Assembly: GCA_041494685.1 (NCBI GenBank)
Contig: JBGQBE010000028.1
Span: 1 to 37,297 of the forward strand
Source of the DNA: Dehalococcoidia bacterium
GTDB taxonomy: Bacteria; Chloroflexota; Dehalococcoidia; DSTF01; JACRBR01
Length of the DNA stretch: 37,297 bases
Reading direction: 5' to 3'
The position numbers and the translations under genes were made by a program. The notes beneath the pieces were generated by a model. The model saw nothing but the letters and a program-made list of their open reading frames with translations. It was not told where the DNA came from and did no database searches. Positions 26,277 to 35,094 of this stretch are shown here, piece after piece. Numbering within the stretch: position 1 is the first letter of the stretch; each line of letters starts with the position of its first letter.

Positions 26277-27224
26277 CTATGCGAACGCCGCCACCACCTC
26301 GTCGTTGATGCGCTGGTAGACCTCGCGCTTCCACGGGCCCTGGCTCATCGTCACGATCTGGGTCACGCCAGCTTCGATATACCGCTCCACCACGGCGCGC
26401 ACGTGCGCCGGCGGGCCGATCGGCAGCACCTTCTTCGCTTCGTCCGCCTTCAGCCCCATGCCCGCCCCGAACATGCCCGCCAGGCGGTCGATCAGCCCAG
26501 TGTTGTCCGAGACGACCACGGTGGCCGAGATGGTCTTCTCGATCGTGGCCGGGTCGCGGCCGACGTCGCGGCAGTGCGCTTCCAGCATGGCGATCTTGCC
26601 CCGCACCTGCTCCGGCGTGCCGAAGACGTTCATCACGTCCCCGTACTTCGCCAGCGTGCGCAGCGTCCGCTTCTCGCCGCCGCCGCCGACCATGATCGGC
26701 GGGTGGGGCCGCTGCACGCCGCGCGGCAGGAAGACGGCGTCGCGCAGCTGGTAGTGCTTGCCATCGAAGTTGACGCGCCCCTCGGCCTCGAACAGCAGCT
26801 TGATCAGCGCCACCGCCTCCTCCAGCCGATCTTGCCGCTCGCGCACCGCCGGGAAGGGGATGCCGTACATCCGGTGCTCCGCCTCGTGCCAGGCCGCGCC
26901 GATGCCGAATTCGAGCCGCCCGTTGCTGATGTGGTCGATCGTCGCCGCCATCTTCGCCAGCACCGCCGGCTCGCGGTACGTCACGCCCGTCACCAGGCAG
27001 CCGATGCGGATGCGCTGCGTCGTCGCGGCCAGCGCCGCCAGCGCCGTCCACCCCTCGAAGCAGTTGGCGTTGACGTCCTGCCCCGGACCCGGCGGCACGA
27101 AGTGGTCGAACGTCCACGCGCTGTGGAACTGCGTCTCCCGGTCGAGGAACGTCCACATGTCGGCGATCTCGCGCCACTCGACGTTGTTCAGGCTGGTCTG
27201 GATCCCGAAGCGCATGCGGGCCAT
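26277..27224 (-). CDS. LLM-class flavin-dependent oxidoreductase (probably F420-dependent)
   Basis: Motifs WTFDHF, EGWTALAALA, YREPAVLAKMAAT, GRLEFGIGAAW and IMVGGGGEK. Confidence 0.9.
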   Translation of the reverse strand: MARMRFGIQTSLNNVEWREIADMWTFLDRETQFHSAWTFDHFVPPGPGQDVNANCFEGWTALAALAATTQRIRIGCLVTGVTYREPAVLAKMAATIDHISNGRLEFGIGAAWHEAEHRMYGIPFPAVRERQDRLEEAVALIKLLFEAEGRVNFDGKHYQLRDAVFLPRGVQRPHPPIMVGGGGEKRTLRTLAKYGDVMNVFGTPEQVRGKIAMLEAHCRDVGRDPATIEKTISATVVVSDNTGLIDRLAGMFGAGMGLKADEAKKVLPIGPPAHVRAVVERYIEAGVTQIVTMSQGPWKREVYQRINDEVVAAFA

Positions 27225-27301
27225 CGGCGTTCCTTTCGTAGCGTGGGGGCGTGATCAGGTGCTGCGATGGTAACGCGCCGCGCGGCGTGGGTCACCGGCG
27301 C

Positions 27302-27916
27302 CTACGGCCAGAGGTCGGGGTACTGGGCCTGGTGGCGCGCCCGCAGCCGCTCGAAGAGGGCGCGATACTCGGCCGTGTTGATCTCCGGCGTCGTCATCAG
27401 CACGGCGTCCTCGTTGTTGTCGGTGTAGTAGCGCTTGCGCAGGCCGACGCGCGCGAAGCCGTACTTCTCGTACAGCCGCTGCGCGACCCCGTTCGAGGCG
27501 CGCACCTCGAGCGTCACGACCTCCTGGAGGTACTCCTGCGCTACCTCGGCCGCGGCGATCACCAGCCGCTCGCCGATGCCCATACGCCGGTGCGACTCGC
27601 GCACTGCCACGGTGACGATGTGCGCCTCGCCCACCATCAGCCAGACGCCGATGAAGCCGAGCAGGTACTCCTGCTCCGCGGGTGTCTCGGTGCCGACGAT
27701 GCGGCGGATCGTGCCCCAGAGCCCCGACGCCTGCTCGGACGCCGGCTCTTCGCGCAGCTCCGTGATCACGACGTAGCGCGCGATCTTATTCGCCAGCTCG
27801 CGGCGGTACGCCGTCTGCGGCCACATCGACGGGAAGGACTCCCGCTCGATGTCAGCGACCTGTGTGATGTCGTCGGCCGACATCGGCCGGAGCCGCGTAC
27901 GGAGCAGCGTTCGCAT
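27302..27916 (-). CDS. rimI: RimI-like N-acetyltransferase
   Basis: Motifs IERESF..W, EAHIVTVAV, RRMGIG, LEVRASN, LYEKYGF and RKRYYTDNNEDA. Confidence 0.85.
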   Translation of the reverse strand: MRTLLRTRLRPMSADDITQVADIERESFPSMWPQTAYRRELANKIARYVVITELREEPASEQASGLWGTIRRIVGTETPAEQEYLLGFIGVWLMVGEAHIVTVAVRESHRRMGIGERLVIAAAEVAQEYLQEVVTLEVRASNGVAQRLYEKYGFARVGLRKRYYTDNNEDAVLMTTPEINTAEYRALFERLRARHQAQYPDLWP

Positions 27917-27972
27917 ATCGTCTCACTATAGCATCGGTGCTCGTGCGTCCACGCGATGTGGCCGCGCACCGT

Positions 27973-30222
27973 CTACTGCGGCAGGGAAGGGCGATCCACG
28001 CCCGCGTAGAGCTGCCGGTAGCGGGCGTAGTGCTCCAGCACCCGCCGCACGTACTGCTTCGCCTCGTCGAACTCCAGGTCCTCCACGAAGAGGTCCTCGT
28101 CGTCTCCGGCGGCCTTCGCCGCGTCACCAGCGGTGCCCGGCCCGGCGTTGTACGCCGCCAGCGCGCGGTACACGTCGCCGTCGAACGCCTGAAGCTGGTC
28201 GGCGAGATAGCTGGCGCCGAAGAGCAGGCTGACCGCCGGCCGGTACAGGTCCTCCGCCGCGAACGGCGTCACGCCCAGCTTCGCCGCGATCGCCTGCCCG
28301 GTCGTCGGCACCACCTGCGTCAGCCCCAGCGCACCGGCTGTCGAGCCGGCGTCCGCGTCGAAGAGGCTCTCCTGCCGCACCAGCGCCAGCAGCAGCAGCG
28401 GCGAGATGCCTTCTCGCTGAGCCGCCTCCGTTACCAGGTCGCCGTACGCCGCCGGGTACGCGACACGCAGCAGGTCGGCCGGCGGCGCGGCCGCGCCCGC
28501 GGGCAGCGCCGCGATCAGCGTCGTCGCCGCCCGCGCGGCGAGGCTGACGTCACCCGCGTCCTGCGCCGCGCGCGCGGCGGCGTAGAGGTACGGCGCGTCA
28601 TCCTTGTGATCGGAGAGCAGCGCGCCGCTGACCGACCACGCCTGGGCCGTCAGCCCGACCGCCCGCAGCTCGCGCGCGACGCCCCAGCGCGCGTCGCTCT
28701 CGGCGTCGCTTGCGCGCGGATCGGCACCCGTCGCGTCCTGCACGTACGTCGCGATCGTGTCCCAGCCCGTCTTCACGCTCGGAATCGTCTCGTCGCGCTG
28801 CTTCGTGTCGTTCCGCTTCAGCAGCACCTCGGCGCGCAGCGCGTAGTAGCTGCCGGGCGCGCCGTCTAGCAGTTGCGAGAGCACTGGCTTCGCGAGCGCG
28901 TCGCCCTCGCGCAGCAGGGCGCGACCCTGCCAGAAGCGCGCCCGCAGCGCGTCCTCGCCCGTCGCTGCCGCCGCGACCGACGACCAGATCAGCGCCGCGC
29001 CCGCGTCGTTGCCCGCGCGATACAGCACGAGGCCGCGGTGGAAGCTCGCCTCGTCCGCCCAGGTCGATGATGGATAGCCGTCGACCAGCGCCTGGTACGT
29101 CGCGCCCGCCTCGGCGTAGCGTCCCGCCTGTTCCAGCAGCCGCGCGCGCCACCAGAGCGCGTTGTCCGCGAGCGGCGACGCCGGGTCGAGGTCGTGCGCG
29201 CGGCCGTACTCTACGATTGCGTCCGCCGTGTCGCCCGCGCGCTCGTCCAGCGCCGCGAGATAGTACGTCGCCTCGGCGGCGTGGTCGCCCGCGGTAGCGG
29301 CGCGCGACAGCGCCGCGCGGGCCGCGTCGCGGAGTCCGGCGCGGTAGTCCACGACGCCGCGCACGTAGTCGCTCACCTGCGCCTGCGCCGCGTCCAACTC
29401 GTCGAGCAGGTCGGGCGCGACCGCGCTCTCCGGGTACGACGCCAGCGCCTCCTGCTCGTCGGCCATCCACGTCGCATCGCCGAGGCGCTTCTTGATCGCG
29501 GCGATGCGCGCCAGCGCCGACGCCGGGTCGCCGCTCTTCGCGCGCTCGTACCAGGCCAGCGCCTCGCGGTCGGCGCCGCCTGTCTGCAGCGCCTTCGCGA
29601 AGCTGAACGTGAACGACGACTTGAAGGACTGCGCCAGCGGCCCCGCCAGCACATGCTCGGCGGCGGCCTCCGCGTCCGCGACGCTGCCCTGCCGCGCCAG
29701 CAGCTTGGCGCGCTCCAGCCGTGCGAAGTCCGAAAGCGTGCCGGCTGCGGCGATGTAGACGTCGTAGCTGGCGACTGCCCCCGGCAGGTCGCCCAGGTCG
29801 TCCAGCGCCGACGCCAGCATGTAGCGCGCCGCGCTGGCGTTTCCGTCGCGGCCCGCCGCCGTGAGATACGCATCGAGCACCGGGCGTGCGTCGGCGCTGC
29901 GGCCGGCGCGCAGCAGCAACTGCGCCTGCGCCAGGCGCGCGTCCTGCTGCTGCTGCCCGCTTGATTGCGCGACGACCGCGGCGTACACGTCGATGGCGGC
30001 CACGTAGTTGCCCGCGTCGCGCAGGCGTGCGGCGACATTGTTGTCCGCCGGCGGCGGCGTCGCCGTGGCGGTCGGTGCCGCGGCCGTCGCGGTGCGCGCC
30101 TCGCCGCCGAGCGTGGGCGTCGCGGCCGGTGTCTTCGAGCCGCTGCACGCCGACGCCGCGGCGCTCGCCAGGGCGAGTATGGCGATCGCACGCGCGACGA
30201 TGCGTGGGTCGAGTCCGTGCAT
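27973..30222 (-). CDS. TPR-repeat lytic transglycosylase (Slt-like) lipoprotein
   Basis: Lipobox AASAC; TPR helices; SLT motifs RQESLF, GALGLTQV, AAYNAGPG and YVRRV; start position approximate. Confidence 0.88.
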   Translation of the reverse strand: MHGLDPRIVARAIAILALASAAASACSGSKTPAATPTLGGEARTATAAAPTATATPPPADNNVAARLRDAGNYVAAIDVYAAVVAQSSGQQQQDARLAQAQLLLRAGRSADARPVLDAYLTAAGRDGNASAARYMLASALDDLGDLPGAVASYDVYIAAAGTLSDFARLERAKLLARQGSVADAEAAAEHVLAGPLAQSFKSSFTFSFAKALQTGGADREALAWYERAKSGDPASALARIAAIKKRLGDATWMADEQEALASYPESAVAPDLLDELDAAQAQVSDYVRGVVDYRAGLRDAARAALSRAATAGDHAAEATYYLAALDERAGDTADAIVEYGRAHDLDPASPLADNALWWRARLLEQAGRYAEAGATYQALVDGYPSSTWADEASFHRGLVLYRAGNDAGAALIWSSVAAAATGEDALRARFWQGRALLREGDALAKPVLSQLLDGAPGSYYALRAEVLLKRNDTKQRDETIPSVKTGWDTIATYVQDATGADPRASDAESDARWGVARELRAVGLTAQAWSVSGALLSDHKDDAPYLYAAARAAQDAGDVSLAARAATTLIAALPAGAAAPPADLLRVAYPAAYGDLVTEAAQREGISPLLLLALVRQESLFDADAGSTAGALGLTQVVPTTGQAIAAKLGVTPFAAEDLYRPAVSLLFGASYLADQLQAFDGDVYRALAAYNAGPGTAGDAAKAAGDDEDLFVEDLEFDEAKQYVRRVLEHYARYRQLYAGVDRPSLPQ

Positions 30223-30263
30223 GACGAGGGCCGATCGGCGTTTGCTGTGGCGCGGGAGGCGTT

Positions 30264-30292
30264 TTGACAGGCTTCGGGGCCAATGGTACCTT
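30264..30292 (+). promoter_or_regulatory. Sigma70-type promoter
   Basis: TTGACA-N17-TACCTT with TG extension. Confidence 0.65.
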
Positions 30293-30325
30293 CGAAAACG
30301 CCGGCCCTGCAATCGAGATTGTGCC

Positions 30326-30808
30326 ATGAACCTGTTGCGGCTCACCATTATCGACGCGTCAGGCGGCATCAGCTTCGTCACGCACGGCGAGGCGTTGCCG
30401 GCGCTGCTGCGCGCCTGCGCCACCGATCCGAAGAGCGTGGACGATCTGCTGGCGCGCAGCGAGCCCTACTACCACGGCCTGCAGGAGCGCGTCGCAAACG
30501 GCCTGGCGATGTTCGACGAGCGCAACACGCCCGGCAATTACGATGCCATCCACGCCGCCCTCGCGCACGCCCGCCCCGACGAGTCGCCGCTGTTCCGTAT
30601 CGTCGACGACGTAACGCGCGAGGCGAGCCTGCGGCCGGTGAAGGCCGGCGGCATCGTCTTCAACCTCATCGACCGGCGCATCATCACGCTGCAGAACGGC
30701 TACCGCGCGATCACGCGGAACGGTCGCGGCGAAGTCTTCGACGGCGAGCGGATGACGGGCGCGCAGTTCGTCTATCGCCTGCCGAAGACGTGGGCGCTGG
30801 TCCCGTAG
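30326..30808 (+). CDS. Hypothetical protein (160 aa)
   Basis: Globular-looking sequence with GC-rich third positions, downstream of a clear promoter. Confidence 0.75.
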   Translation: MNLLRLTIIDASGGISFVTHGEALPALLRACATDPKSVDDLLARSEPYYHGLQERVANGLAMFDERNTPGNYDAIHAALAHARPDESPLFRIVDDVTREASLRPVKAGGIVFNLIDRRIITLQNGYRAITRNGRGEVFDGERMTGAQFVYRLPKTWALVP

Positions 30809-30811
30809 CGG

Positions 30812-31957
30812 TCAGGCCGCGCCCACGCGGAGCGGCAGCCGCCGCAGCCCGCGCAGGACGGGCGAGTCGAGGCGCTCGATGGGACCGGCAAGCTCGATCG
30901 AGCCGTAGCGCGCGAAGATCTCCTCGAATGCGACCCGCGCCTCCAGCCGCGCCAGCGGCGCGCCCAGGCAGAAGTGGATCCCCAGGCCGAACGCCAGATG
31001 CCCCTGCGTGTTGCGTGTTACGTCGAAGCGCGCCCCCTCCGGGAAGCGCCGCTCGTCCCTGTTCCCCGAGGCGTAGATCGGCACCACGATGCGGCCGGCC
31101 GGGATCGCGGTGCCGGCCAGCTCCGTATCCCGCGTCGTACTGCGGAAGAGGAACTGCACCGGCGAGTCGAAGCGCAGCGCCTCCTCGACCATGTTCGGGA
31201 TCAGCGACGCATCGCCCGCGACAAGCCGGAGCTGGTCCGGGTGCTCCAGCAGCGCCAGCATCGCGTTGCCGATGAGATTCGTCGTCGTCTCATTGCCCGC
31301 GATCAGCAGCAGCATCGTCAGGCCGACGATCTCGTCGCGCGTCAGCGTCGCGTCGTGCTCCCGCGCCCGCACGAGCGCGCTGATCAGATCGTCGCGCGGT
31401 TCCGCCGTGCGCGCGCTGATCCCCGCGTCGAAGTAGTCGCGGAACTCCTGCTGGTCGTGCGCGGCGTCCGTGTTCAGCTCCGCGGTCGTCGCGACCACCG
31501 CGTTCGACCAGCGCTTGAAGTCGTGACGGCGCTCCGGCTCCACGCCCAGGATCTCGGCGATGATCGTGACGGGCAGCGGGATCGCCAGCGCGTCGATCAG
31601 GTCGAACTCGCCGCCGCCCGCCGCGTCGAGCAACTGCCGCGCGACCGCGCGGATGCGGGGCTCCATCGCCTCCACCATCCGGGGCGTGAACGCGCGGTTC
31701 ACAAGGTTGCGCAGCATCGTGTGGTCGGGCGGATCGGTGCTGATGATCGTGCGCGAACCGGGCCCGGCCAGCCCCGCGGCACCCATCGCCGCCGACGAGA
31801 AGATCTGCGGGTTGCGCAGCACGAAGCTGACGTCGTCGTAGCGGCTGACCGCGTAGAAGTTCAGCGGCGTCTGCAGCACGGGCGCTGCTTCGCGCAGCCG
31901 CGCGTACACCGGATACGGATCGGCGCGGAACGCCGGGTCGGACGGGTTGAAGTCCAT
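30812..31957 (-). CDS. Cytochrome P450
   Basis: Motifs DPPDHT, AGNETT, EEALR (ExxR) and heme motif FGLGIHFCLG. Confidence 0.96.
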   Translation of the reverse strand: MDFNPSDPAFRADPYPVYARLREAAPVLQTPLNFYAVSRYDDVSFVLRNPQIFSSAAMGAAGLAGPGSRTIISTDPPDHTMLRNLVNRAFTPRMVEAMEPRIRAVARQLLDAAGGGEFDLIDALAIPLPVTIIAEILGVEPERRHDFKRWSNAVVATTAELNTDAAHDQQEFRDYFDAGISARTAEPRDDLISALVRAREHDATLTRDEIVGLTMLLLIAGNETTTNLIGNAMLALLEHPDQLRLVAGDASLIPNMVEEALRFDSPVQFLFRSTTRDTELAGTAIPAGRIVVPIYASGNRDERRFPEGARFDVTRNTQGHLAFGLGIHFCLGAPLARLEARVAFEEIFARYGSIELAGPIERLDSPVLRGLRRLPLRVGAA

Positions 31958-32044
31958 GCGGGCAGTATCTCACCTGCCGCGACCATAGGGACAGGAGTGC
32001 ACCAGCCAGTCAGCGGGTCAGCGACCAGTCACAGCGGCCGGCGA

Positions 32045-33043
32045 CTAAGGCTTGCGGCGCTTGTGCCGCATGTCGCGCCGGTCGGTGAGCACGACCTCGC
32101 GGTTGCCGGCGTGCAGCGCGAAGGTGAAGAACCAGCCTGCGCCCGCCAGCATCAGCGCCGCGAGGAAGAACGTCCACTTCCACCACTGCGTGCCCGGCCC
32201 ATCGTTGCCGGCGTGCGGCAGGCCCGCCGCGCCCGCCACGCCGCTCGCCGGCGGCAGGCCGACTTTCGCCGTGGCGGTGGCGTTGTTGCTGTCGCTGACC
32301 ACCGCCACCACCGCGGTACTGGTCGCGCGGGCCGTCGCCGTCGAGGTGCCCAGGACCGGCGTCACCGTCGGTGTGCGCGTGACGGTCGGTGTGAGCGTGG
32401 ACGTCGGCGTGAGCGTGAAGGTCGGCGTGTTGGTGCTCGCGACGGTCGGCGTGGCAGTGGGCGCCGGCGTGTTCGTCGCCGTCGGTGCCGGCGACCCGAC
32501 GACGATGATCGCTACGGAGCCGTTCACCGTGGTGAGCACATTGCTGGCGTCATAGAACTGTTTCGTCACCCACGCGATGTTCGCGTTCCCGTTGGCGATC
32601 GCTTGAAACTGCACCGTCGCAACCGTGCCGCTGCCGGCGGCCACGTTCGCGCCGTTCAGCGCGTACTGGTAGTTGATGATGCCGCTGCTGACGCTGTTCA
32701 GCAGGACGGTGCCGGTGGTGTTGTCGCCCGGGAACGAGCCGGGAAGGATCTCCGTCGTGCCGGGCGTGCTGGGATCCGCATCGACCACCTGTACCACTGT
32801 GGGGTCGTAGCTGAGGCCCAGAACCACCTCGTGGACGTTTGTGCCGCTGGTGACGTCCAGCGTGACCGACACGACGCCGCCGACGTTCAACGACACGTTC
32901 GACGGGTTCATCGAGAGCGTGCCGCCCGCCGCGGCGCTGGCGTCCTGCGCGGGAAGCAGGACGGCGGCGAGCAGCGACAACGCGGCCCCCGCGAACGAGA
33001 GCCGCGCGAGCGTACGCGCGCGGTGGTGGTGCGTTCCCTGCAT
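32045..33043 (-). CDS. Secreted cohesin-like domain protein with Pro/Thr linker and LPxAG-TM-basic C-terminus
   Basis: Signal peptide; LSYDPTVVQVVDAD...GSGTVATVQF cohesin-like strands; LPHAG then hydrophobic helix then RHKRRKP. Confidence 0.75.
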   Translation of the reverse strand: MQGTHHHRARTLARLSFAGAALSLLAAVLLPAQDASAAAGGTLSMNPSNVSLNVGGVVSVTLDVTSGTNVHEVVLGLSYDPTVVQVVDADPSTPGTTEILPGSFPGDNTTGTVLLNSVSSGIINYQYALNGANVAAGSGTVATVQFQAIANGNANIAWVTKQFYDASNVLTTVNGSVAIIVVGSPAPTATNTPAPTATPTVASTNTPTFTLTPTSTLTPTVTRTPTVTPVLGTSTATARATSTAVVAVVSDSNNATATAKVGLPPASGVAGAAGLPHAGNDGPGTQWWKWTFFLAALMLAGAGWFFTFALHAGNREVVLTDRRDMRHKRRKP

Positions 33044-33287
33044 CGTGTTCCTCACCGGGGTATCGGAGCGTGCTCGGATCGCGCGCAAGGTGCTGACACC
33101 CGGCGGGCGCCGATGCAGGGAGCGCCCGCGACGAATTAGGGGAATGCCCCCGCCAAGATCAGCGGCCTCTTCTCACGTGCCGCGACCAGGCGCGCCGCGT
33201 GCGTCGCCGGGCCAGGGCCGCTGTCGGACAGGTCGAGCGCACGTCGCCTCCCCCTAACAAACGACAACGCGTTGCATCACAAACAAG

Positions 33288-33313
33288 AAGAGGGCCTCGA
33301 TCGAGGCCCTCTT
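33288..33313 (-). terminator. Terminator after the Fe-S carrier gene
   Basis: AAGAGGGCCTCGA/TCGAGGCCCTCTT with a T-rich tail on the minus strand. Confidence 0.7.
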
Positions 33314-33333
33314 TGGTGCATCACTCTCGGGGT

Positions 33334-33711
33334 TTAGCAGCAGCTCTTCGCCTGGCCGCCGCCGTCGGCGGTCTGGAAGCTCGAGCCGCAGGCGCAGCCC
33401 TTCACCGCGTTCGGGTTGAAGATCGTGAAGCCCGACTTCATGATGTCGTCGACGTAGTCGATCTCCGCGCCCTTCATCAGCGGTGCGCTCTCCTGGTCTA
33501 CCAGCACCCTGACGCCGGCGTGCTCCAGGACAATGTCGCCCTCTTCGGTGTCCTGCGCGATCGCCATGCCGTACTGGTAGCCGGAGCAACCGCCGCCCAC
33601 GACGAACACGCGCAGCGCGCCGCCCTCGATGCCGCGGTCCTTCAGCAACGCGGCGGCCTTCTCGGCGGCCTTGTCCGTGATCGTGACGACCGATTCGACT
33701 TCCTGGACCAT
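33334..33711 (-). CDS. A-type iron-sulfur cluster carrier (IscA/ErpA/HesB)
   Basis: Motifs GGGCSGYQY and NPNAVKGCACGSSF. Confidence 0.95.
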   Translation of the reverse strand: MVQEVESVVTITDKAAEKAAALLKDRGIEGGALRVFVVGGGCSGYQYGMAIAQDTEEGDIVLEHAGVRVLVDQESAPLMKGAEIDYVDDIMKSGFTIFNPNAVKGCACGSSFQTADGGGQAKSCC

Positions 33712-33772
33712 CTCCGGTGCTCCTTCCGAGCCGCCAGCTTCACAGCCGGGCGAATTTGTACAGCGCTCACTG

Positions 33773-33802
33773 AGTATATCGGCAACCCCGTCCCGATTTC
33801 AA
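33773..33802 (-). promoter_or_regulatory. Promoter of the Fe-S carrier gene
   Basis: Minus strand TTGAAA-N18-TATACT. Confidence 0.6.
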
Positions 33803-33834
33803 CGGGGCATTCCCCTGGCTTCCAGCTGCCGGCC

Positions 33835-35094
33835 CTACGCGCTCGCCGGCAGCAGGCTGTCGTAGAGCGCCGCGACCGCGTCAGCCACGTTCGCCCAGCG
33901 GAAGCGCTCGACCGCCTCGCGGCCCGCCCGCCCGAACGACGCCCGCAGCTCGTCGTTGTCGAGCAGCAGCTCCAGCCGCTCCGCGAACGGCTCCGGGCAG
34001 CGCCACGGGATCAGGTATCCCGTCTCGCCGTCGCTGATCGTGCTGGTCAGGCCACCCACCCGCGACGCCACGACCGGCGTGCCGCACGCCATCGACTCCA
34101 CCGCCACCAGCCCGAAGCTCTCGTAGTACGACGGCACCACGCAGACGTCGGCGGCGTTGTAATACAGCGGCAGCTTGTCGTGCTCCACCGCGCCGACGAA
34201 CGAGATGTGGTGGTCTACGCCCAGCCGCGCCGCAAGGCTGCGCAGCTCCGCGATCTGCGACTCCGCGCGCGCGTCGCCGCCCACGATCAGCACCGCGAAG
34301 TTCTCGTCCTCGTGCAGCTGCGCCGCCGCGCTGATCAGGATGTCGATCCCCTTCAGCGGCTCGATCCGCCCCACGAACAGGATGATCCGCTCCGCGTCGC
34401 GCAGCCCTAGCCGCCGTCGCGCGAACTCCTTGTCCATCGGCGAAAACAGGTCCAGGTCCACGCCGCACGGCACCACCGCGATCGCTTCGTCGCGCGCGCC
34501 GTAGAGCGACGTCAGCAGGTGCCGCTCGTGCTGGCTCGCCACCACGATGCGGTCGGCGCCCGTCGCGATCGCGCGCTCCGCGTCGATGCGCGACGCCGGC
34601 TCGTGCTCGCTGGCCCGCGCGCGGTTCTTCACCTCGCCCAGCGTGTGGAACATCGCCACGTGCGGCACGTCCCAGCGCTCCGCCAGCCGCATGGCGACGC
34701 CGCCCGACATCCAGTAGTGGCTGTGCACCATGTCGTACGCCGCGCCCTCTGCCTCGACGAACGACAGCAGGTTGCGTTCGAACTCCTCCAGGTGCGCCGG
34801 AATCGCTTCCTTCTCGACCGGCGCCGCCGGCCCCGCGGTGATGTGCACGACGCGGGCGTTCGGGCCGATCGGCTGCACGTCCGGCGCTTCAGCCGACGCG
34901 CGGCGCGTGAAGACGTCGATCGCGTAGCCGCGCGCGCCCAGCTCGCGGCTCAGCTCGCGCACGTAGACGTTCATGCCGCCCGTCTCGCGCCCGCCCAGCG
35001 TCGCCAGCGGCGACGTGTGTGCCGAGATCACGGCGATGCGCATGCGCGCGCCGTCGCGTTTCGCGGGGGCCGTGGAACCGTAGAGTGTCGTCAT
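33835..35094 (-). CDS. GT4 glycosyltransferase, MshA-like
   Basis: Motifs HTSPL...GGMNVYV, HSHYWMSG, FHTLGEVKN, GRIEPLKG and PSYYESFGLVAVE; alternative start at 35043. Confidence 0.88.
   Translation of the reverse strand: MTTLYGSTAPAKRDGARMRIAVISAHTSPLATLGGRETGGMNVYVRELSRELGARGYAIDVFTRRASAEAPDVQPIGPNARVVHITAGPAAPVEKEAIPAHLEEFERNLLSFVEAEGAAYDMVHSHYWMSGGVAMRLAERWDVPHVAMFHTLGEVKNRARASEHEPASRIDAERAIATGADRIVVASQHERHLLTSLYGARDEAIAVVPCGVDLDLFSPMDKEFARRRLGLRDAERIILFVGRIEPLKGIDILISAAAQLHEDENFAVLIVGGDARAESQIAELRSLAARLGVDHHISFVGAVEHDKLPLYYNAADVCVVPSYYESFGLVAVESMACGTPVVASRVGGLTSTISDGETGYLIPWRCPEPFAERLELLLDNDELRASFGRAGREAVERFRWANVADAVAALYDSLLPASA

Noticed and set aside
26113..27177. Long N-terminal extension of the zinc-ribbon ORF
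   Set aside because: It overlaps the LLM gene out of frame, and AGGAGG-GTG at 26112 marks the real start.
110..33139. Many long overlapping ORFs, e.g. 110-2020(-), 4673-6733(-), 9564-11630(-), 23620-25638(-), 30974-33139(+)
   Set aside because: Antisense or frame-shifted shadows of well-supported genes, expected in high-GC DNA; Arg/Ala/Gly-rich with no motifs.
33755..33780. Possible IscR-type operator at the Fe-S carrier promoter
   Set aside because: The symmetry is too weak to support a call.
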